From: Catajapyx aquilonaris
Taxonomy: Eukaryota
Assembly: GCA_000934665.2 (NCBI GenBank)
Contig: KZ538292.1
Span: 62,001 to 86,069, forward strand
Reading direction: 5' to 3'
Length of the DNA stretch: 24,069 nucleotides
The notes below the pieces were generated by a model that worked only from the letters and a program-made list of their open reading frames with translations, made no database searches and was not told the origin of the DNA. Position numbers and translations under genes: made by a program. Below, in pieces: positions 22,752 through 24,069 of this stretch. Within the stretch, counting starts at the first letter, position 1; each line of letters opens with the position of its first letter.

Positions 22752-23080
22752 CGCGGGCAGGGTTTTAAGTCCGCTAATGAGGAATCTTTGATTAATCTGG
22801 CTGGATGGGGAAATTCGCGAAGGGGGGAAGGGGGGGGGGGGAGGTGTTCGGAAAAGCCGGATTTTCCTCAGGACCTCAAGCTGCTGGGATGCGGTCAACT
22901 TGAATAATTTCTTTGGCAATTGGCTATGCTGCGGTCAGAGTTGGAGGAGTTTCTCCACATGCGAAAAGAGGTTAAAAGTTTATTTCCATGGGCGTTTTTA
23001 TCCGGAGAAAGTACCAAACTAGGTGCGATCTGGCTGAGTAAGTCTGATTCACAAAAAAGTGGGTATAGTCTAGGCCTATA

Positions 23081-23397
23081 CAGGGTGTTTCAACTTTTTT
23101 GTCCGAACAGTTATCTGAAAATTGCGCGTAGCTGCTACCTTTTAAGCAGTGACTTGCAACCGGTGATTTGTCGGAGGAATGGGGTCACACATCTCATGGC
23201 ATGTGTGACCCTCATTTTTCCAGGCTTGACCCTCAATTTTCAGCGGGCAGCACGTATGCCACTTCAACTATACCTACGATTCGCAGGGAATATTCCCCGT
23301 TCCTCCGAAAAATCGCCGTTTGCAAGTCACTGCTTACGAAGTAGCGGCTACGTGCAATTTTCCGATAACTGTTCGGACAAAAAGTTGAAACACCCTG
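23081..23397. mobile_element. Non-autonomous Tc1/mariner-superfamily MITE (317 bp, ~104-bp TIRs, TA target-site duplication)
   Basis: The left arm 23081-23184 (CAGGGTGTTTCAACTTTTTTGTCCGAACAGTTATC...GGAGGAATGGGG) is the reverse complement of the right arm 23295-23397, with 10 substitutions and 1 indel by manual alignment. TA flanks it at 23079-23080 and 23398-23399. TA|CAGGGTG termini are typical of mariner/maT-type elements. There is no transposase ORF inside. Confidence 0.9.
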
Positions 23398-23433
23398 TAT
23401 ATCGATAAACCACATAAAACCAGATATCGATAT

Positions 23434-23944
23434 TGTAACGGTACGTCGGGGATAGGAGGGAATAACGTACAAGGGTGGGCTAATAACTAGTATATTACAA
23501 TATGATACATAAATACAATGAGAAGGAATAGGATGGAAGGAAGGAAGAAAGGACCTGATCAGGCAAAGGATAGGATGAAAGAGGGTCGAGCCCACCAGTC
23601 CAACTCCTATTTATGGAGTACTTCTCTGTGGGGGTCAAGGTAGGGAGTGTTGGAAGAAGGGTAGCAAGAAGGACGCGGGTTCATGACCCGATAAGTCTAT
23701 GGAGGAGAGGAGAGAGTGAGCTGGACAGGAAGGGACTAATTAGCAGGAGGGGGAAGGTGGGTGGTGAGTAAGGACCGGTATATATGCCCTCCCCCCAAAA
23801 ATGGGGGAGTGGGTGGGTCGAAGGGAATGGTGCAAAATAGTACATATTCTACAAAAATTCAAAAGTACAAAAAATGCCAGAATACAGAAAATACAGAGAT
23901 ACACATATCGCACATTTTACAAGAAATATATGTAGCAAGTTACA
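23434..23944 (-). mobile_element. Possible solo LTR (511 bp)
   Basis: It is bounded by TGTAAC (23434-23439) and GTTACA (23939-23944), the canonical TG...CA short inverted ends. It has a strong purine/pyrimidine strand bias. The minus strand has a CATAAATAGG TATA-like motif (~23606-23615) and an AATATAC poly(A)-signal-like motif (~23490-23496) ahead of the terminal CGTTACA. I found no TSD, PBS or PPT. Confidence 0.33.
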
Positions 23945-24069
23945 CAAAAGGTCACGAATGACAGTCGCTGTGCAGCAGTCACTAGATGAGCACAAAAATG
24001 TTCAAAAAATCAGCTGTCTTCCACGACGGTGTCGGAGAGAGGCAACATCGGTGCAGGCAGGAGTGCAGC

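Noticed and set aside
22920..23595. ORFs 22920-23408 (+) and 23233-23595 (-) share the peptide FCPNSYxKIARSxYxxSSDLQ
   Set aside because: This is an artefact of translating the two inverted arms of the MITE, not a gene pair.

Overview
This reads as a eukaryotic draft-assembly window, probably from an invertebrate animal (inferred from composition and repeat types), and it is mostly non-coding. It is rich in poly-C, poly-G and poly-A/T runs and has three N interruptions (8791-8949, 13015, 17620-17629). I recognise no protein family in the ORF track, and I see no rRNA, tRNA, CRISPR array or prokaryote-like gene organisation. The clearest feature is a 317-bp Tc1/mariner-type MITE (23081-23397) with ~104-bp TIRs and TA flanks. 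Also supported are a ~620-bp decayed foldback (15768-16386), a TTAA-bounded decayed element (9420-9803), a possible solo LTR (23434-23944), two 28-bp-period minisatellites and several short decayed inverted or direct repeats. A cluster of phase-compatible candidate exons on the minus strand (10535-11404) and a 12-nt microexon candidate (19647-19658) hint at an intron-rich gene, but both rest on splice motifs alone. I found no well-supported novel biological system, so the findings are leads to test.
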